Shown: positions 61,004-64,000 of the stretch, piece after piece
How positions within the stretch are numbered: the stretch's first letter is position 1
How the letters are laid out: each line of letters opens with the position of its first letter
Assembly: GCA_963794075.1 (NCBI GenBank)
Contig: CAWCCY010000005.1
Span: 11,678-75,677 of the forward strand
DNA length: 64,000 nucleotides
From: an uncultured Actinomycetota bacterium
Lineage (GTDB): Bacteria > Actinomycetota > Actinomycetes > Actinomycetales > Kineosporiaceae
Reading direction: 5' to 3'
The notes under the pieces: model-generated
What the model was told of the DNA's origin: nothing
The model's database searches: none
Seen by the model: only the letters and a program-made list of their open reading frames with translations
Translations under genes and position numbers: made by a program

Positions 61004-64000
61004 TCACCGGCCCGAGCTCCCGGGGCTCGCGTGCCAGAGCTTGCGCGGTGCTTCGCCGCGGCGGCGGTCCGCACGGTCCTGCGAGGTCTCGGCGGCGGTC
61101 ATCCGGCGCGTGTCCCGGGTCTGCTCGCCGGGGGTCCCCACGTCGGCGTACGGCGACTGGCGGTACCCCGTGGCGTGCTCGACCAGCACCCGGCGGTACC
61201 CCGGACCGCCACCCATGCCGCCCGCCCGGCGCTGGCCGCGCCCCCGTTCCCGCCCGCGGCGGCCGCGGCGGCCGCGGGCCGCCTCGGGTCGTCCCGGTCG
61301 CCGACCGGGAGCCCGGAGGCCGCGACCTCCTGCTCACGGTCGTAGGGCGCGTCGATGCTGACGCCGAACTCGGTGACCGGCGGTCGGGCGAGCACCGGCC
61401 TGGCCGAGTGGCTGGCGGCGGCGCCCGTCACCGCCGCCGGGGTGGCACCGGCCCACCCGGGCGTCGCGTCGAGCAGGGCGCTGACGGCCTCGCGGCCGCC
61501 GTCGATCCAGGCGTCCCACAGCACGGGCAGCTCCCAGGCACCGGTCGCACGCAGGCTGACCCCGCGGGGGCCGGTGCGCCGGAGCACCCCGCGCACGACG
61601 AGGAGCCAGGAGTGGAACACGGTGGCCGCGTACGGCCCCTGCACGTCCTCGAAGAAGGTCGCGTCGACCGGGCCGGTCGCGTCGTCGAGGGTGAGGAAGA
61701 CGACCCGGCGCCCCGAGCGGATCGGCGGGGTCTGGGTGGCGACCTTGACGCCGGCGACGAGCAGGTCGGCCCGGCTGCGCCGCTGCAGCAGATCGCGGGA
61801 GCGCGTGACGCCGAGCGCGTCGAGCAGCGGGCCGTAGAAGTCGAGCACGTGCCGGCTGGCGTCCAGGCCCAGCACCTCGAGCTCGGCCCGGACCCGCTCG
61901 GCGCCCGTCATCTCGGCCAGCCCCGCGGGCGCGGGTCTCGTCGGGCGCGTCGCCGAGGTCGAGGGCGAGCTGCACGGGCTGCAGCCGCGCCGGCGGCGCG
62001 GCCGCGGAGCCTGCGACTGGCGGGCGGCCGCCGCGCGGACGACGTCCGGCGCCTCGGTCGCCGGCGCCGAGGCTCGCGGCCCGCGCCTGGCCGCGTGCCG
62101 CGTGCCGGGAGCCGCGCACGCCGCGCGTGCGCCCGCGGTCGGCGGCACGGGTCCAGCGGTCGAGCTCGGCGACCTGGAGCAGCAGGTCGCGCCGGGTGAC
62201 CCGGCCGCGGCGGCGGACGGGGACCGGCGACCCGAGGCCGTAGAGGGTGTCGAAGCCGCCGGCCACGACGAGCCGCTCGACGACCGGGCGGGACACCCCG
62301 GCGCGGTGCCAGAAGTCGGCGAGCGAGTGGTAGGGCCGGCCCGCGACGATCCGCTCGACCTCGGCGTCGGTGATGCCCTTCACGTCGGCGAGGGAGAGCC
62401 GGATGCCGTAGGCGCGCCCGTCGGGCAGGTCGGGATGCGCGGCGCTCCGCGCGGCGGCTCGGGGTCCCCGAGCTGGTCAGGACCCGCGGCGGCGGCTCGT
62501 CCCACCAGGTCACCTTCTCGACGCGGTAGGTCGCCTGGGAACGGTTGACGTCGAGCGGCAGCACGGCGATGCCGAGGTTGCGGGCGTCGTCGAGGATCAG
62601 CCGCTTGGGGTACATCCCGGGGTCGTGGGTGAGCACGCCGGCGAGGAACGCCGCCGGGTGGTGCGCCTTGAGCCAGGCGGACTGGTACGTCGGCAGCGCG
62701 AAGGCCGCGGCGTGCGCCTTGCAGAACCCGAACGAGGCGAAGGCCTTGAGCACCTCCCAGACCCGGTCGACCGTCGCCTCGTCGAAACCCTGCGCCGCGG
62801 GCCACGCGGGCGGAACCACTGCCTCGACCTCGGCCTGCCCCTCGCGGCTGCCGAGGGTGCGCCGGACCTCGTCGGCCTCGGCCAGCCCGCACCCGGTCAT
62901 CTCGTCGATGATCTCGCAGCACCTGCTCGTGGAAGACGACGACGCCGCCGGTCGGCGCCAGCGCCTGCTCCAGGCGCGGGTGCAGGTAGTCGGCGCTCGT
63001 CCCAGCCCTGCCGGGCCCGCAGGAACGGGGTGACCATGTCGGACTTCACCGGGCCGGGCCGGAACAGCGAGATGTCGATGACGAGGTCGAGGAAGGTCTC
63101 GGGGCCGAACTTGCCGACGAGCTCGCGCTGGCCCGGCGACTCGATCTGGAAGCAGCCGAGGGTGTGGGCGGTCCGGATCAGCCGGAACGTCGGCCTCGTC
63201 GTCGTGCGGGACGGCGTCGAGGTCGATCCGGCCGTGGCAGCGTCGAGGTAGGGCGCGTCGGGGCGTGGCCGCCGGCGCGACGCGTCGGCCCGTCGACCCG
63301 GGCGATCTCGTCGAGCGCGTACGCCATCGCCGACTGCATCCGGATGCCGAGGACGTCGAGCTTGAGCAGCCCCATCTGCTCGACGTCGTCCTTGTCGAAC
63401 TGGCTCATCGGGAAGCCGAGCCAGCTGGCCTCGACCGGGGTGCGGTCGAGCAGGCTCGCGTCGGAGATGAGGACCCCGCAGGGGTGCAGCGCGACGTGAC
63501 GGGGCAGCCCGTCGAGCCGCTCGACGAGGTCGAAGAGCACGTCGAGGCGCGACGAGGCGATGCCCGGAGGCACGCAGCTCGGGCAGCTCGACGAGGGCGT
63601 GCCGCACGTCGCGGGCCCGGATGTGCGGGAACGACTTGGCGATGACGTCGATCTCGCCGGGCGCAGGCCCGAGCGCGGCGCCGACGTCGCGGATGGCGTG
63701 CCGTACCCGGTAGGTGTCCATCATCGAGACGCAGGCGCACCCGGTCGGTGCCGAAGCGCTGCAGGATCGCCTCGTACACCTCGGTGCGGCGGGCGGACTC
63801 GACGTCGAGGTCGATGTCGGGCAGGGCGATGCGCAGCGGGGTGAGGAACCGTTCCATCAGCAGGTCGTAGCGGATCGGGTCGACGCCCGAGATGCCGAGC
63901 AGGTGGTTGACCAGGCTGCCGGCGCCGGACCCCCGGGCGGCGACCCGGACGCCGAGATCGCCGGACCGTCGCAGACCTCTTCGACGGTGAGGAAGTAGGA
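61004..64000 (-). pseudogene. dnaE2: error-prone DNA polymerase DnaE2 (5' end outside window), about ten frame breaks as sequenced
   Basis: Colinear DnaE2 sequence crosses the frames of ORFs 63405..63857, 62897..63724, 63178..63573, 61908..62900, 61334..62383, 61099..62148 and 61004..61216. In order: SYFLTVEEV.. GDLGVRVAARGSGAGSLVNHLLGISGVDPIRYDLLMERFLTPLRIALPDIDLDVES.. CVSMMDTYRVRHAIRDVG.. LDVLFDLVERLDGLPRHVALHPCGVLIS.. TLGCFQIESPGQRELVG..SLFRPGPVKSDMV.. VVVFHEQVL.. FGFCKAHAAAFALPTYQSAWLKAH.. VKGITDAEVERIV.. VKVATQTPPIRSGRRVVFLTLDDATGPVDATFF.. RRVLVEHATGYRQSPYADV...PRKLWHASPGSSGR*. Confidence 0.85.

Noticed and set aside
59625-61337. 570-aa ORF suggesting a methyltransferase-DinB fusion protein
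   Set aside because: The ORF stays open only because of frame changes. An ATG (60068) sits 1 nt after a TGA (60070-60072) in the frame expected for the methyltransferase end. The two halves match separate protein families.
58600-61400. LexA/SOS box (TCGAAC-N4-GTTCGA type) upstream of dinB or within the dnaE2 region
   Set aside because: Only isolated half-sites (gttcga or tcgaac) were seen by eye inside coding regions, and no palindromic pair. The dnaE2 operon promoter lies outside the window. An automated scan was not possible.
22600-64000. Programmed ribosomal frameshifting, RNA editing, or genuine pseudogenisation as the explanation for the frame breaks
   Set aside because: There are too many events. 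They hit essential single-copy genes (mraY, murD, ftsW, dnaE1). I saw no slippery heptamers or downstream structures at the sites. The events are single G/C insertions or G/C-run contractions, which is characteristic of base-calling error. This cannot be proven without reads.

Overview
This is a very GC-rich actinobacterial chromosome segment. Gene content and order look Micrococcales/Cellulomonas-like, but that is inference only. Nearly all genes are on the minus strand. From left to right the window holds: a partial class-V aminotransferase, a CapA-like lipoprotein, pheS-pheT, a TrmH-family methyltransferase, rplT-rpmI-infC, a DUF1844 protein and an MFS transporter. Next comes a rearranged his cluster: sseB-like, priA, two small membrane ORFs, hisB, hisC, an oppositely oriented O-acyltransferase, then hisD. 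After that: a LON-domain protein, ybaK, two membrane proteins, dnaE1 carrying a 390-aa LAGLIDADG intein, an SPFH/zinc-ribbon gene pair, an RluA-family synthase, lspA and a DksA/TraR-like gene. A complete dcw cluster follows (divIVA-yggT-sepF-yggS-pgeF-ftsZ-ftsQ-murC-murG-ftsW-murD-mraY-murF-murE-ftsI-ftsL-rsmH-mraZ). The window ends with moxR-DUF58-transglutaminase, DUF3040, dinB, a SAM methyltransferase and most of dnaE2. I saw no rRNA, tRNA, CRISPR array, transposase or recognisable defence system. Main observations: (1) an intact homing-endonuclease intein in the PHP domain of DnaE1. (2) About fifty frame-breaking indels by manual count, mostly a single G or C, clustered in conserved and often essential genes from 22.6 kb onward. 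The first 22 kb has none inside genes, and the 27-33.6 kb and 34.2-41.2 kb stretches are clean. I read these as sequence-quality artefacts rather than biology. Several are locally compensated and therefore invisible to an ORF finder. (3) A family of 18-bp TGATC-containing tandem repeats sits directly after three stop codons. (4) Short tandem duplications of 32, 20 and about 39 bp, and a 51-bp coding-type repeat with a frame break upstream of the acyltransferase. (5) A candidate MraZ operator/promoter, an AUC-start infC and several strong intergenic hairpins. All calls come from reading the sequence and the ORF track and from recalled family motifs. No database search was run.
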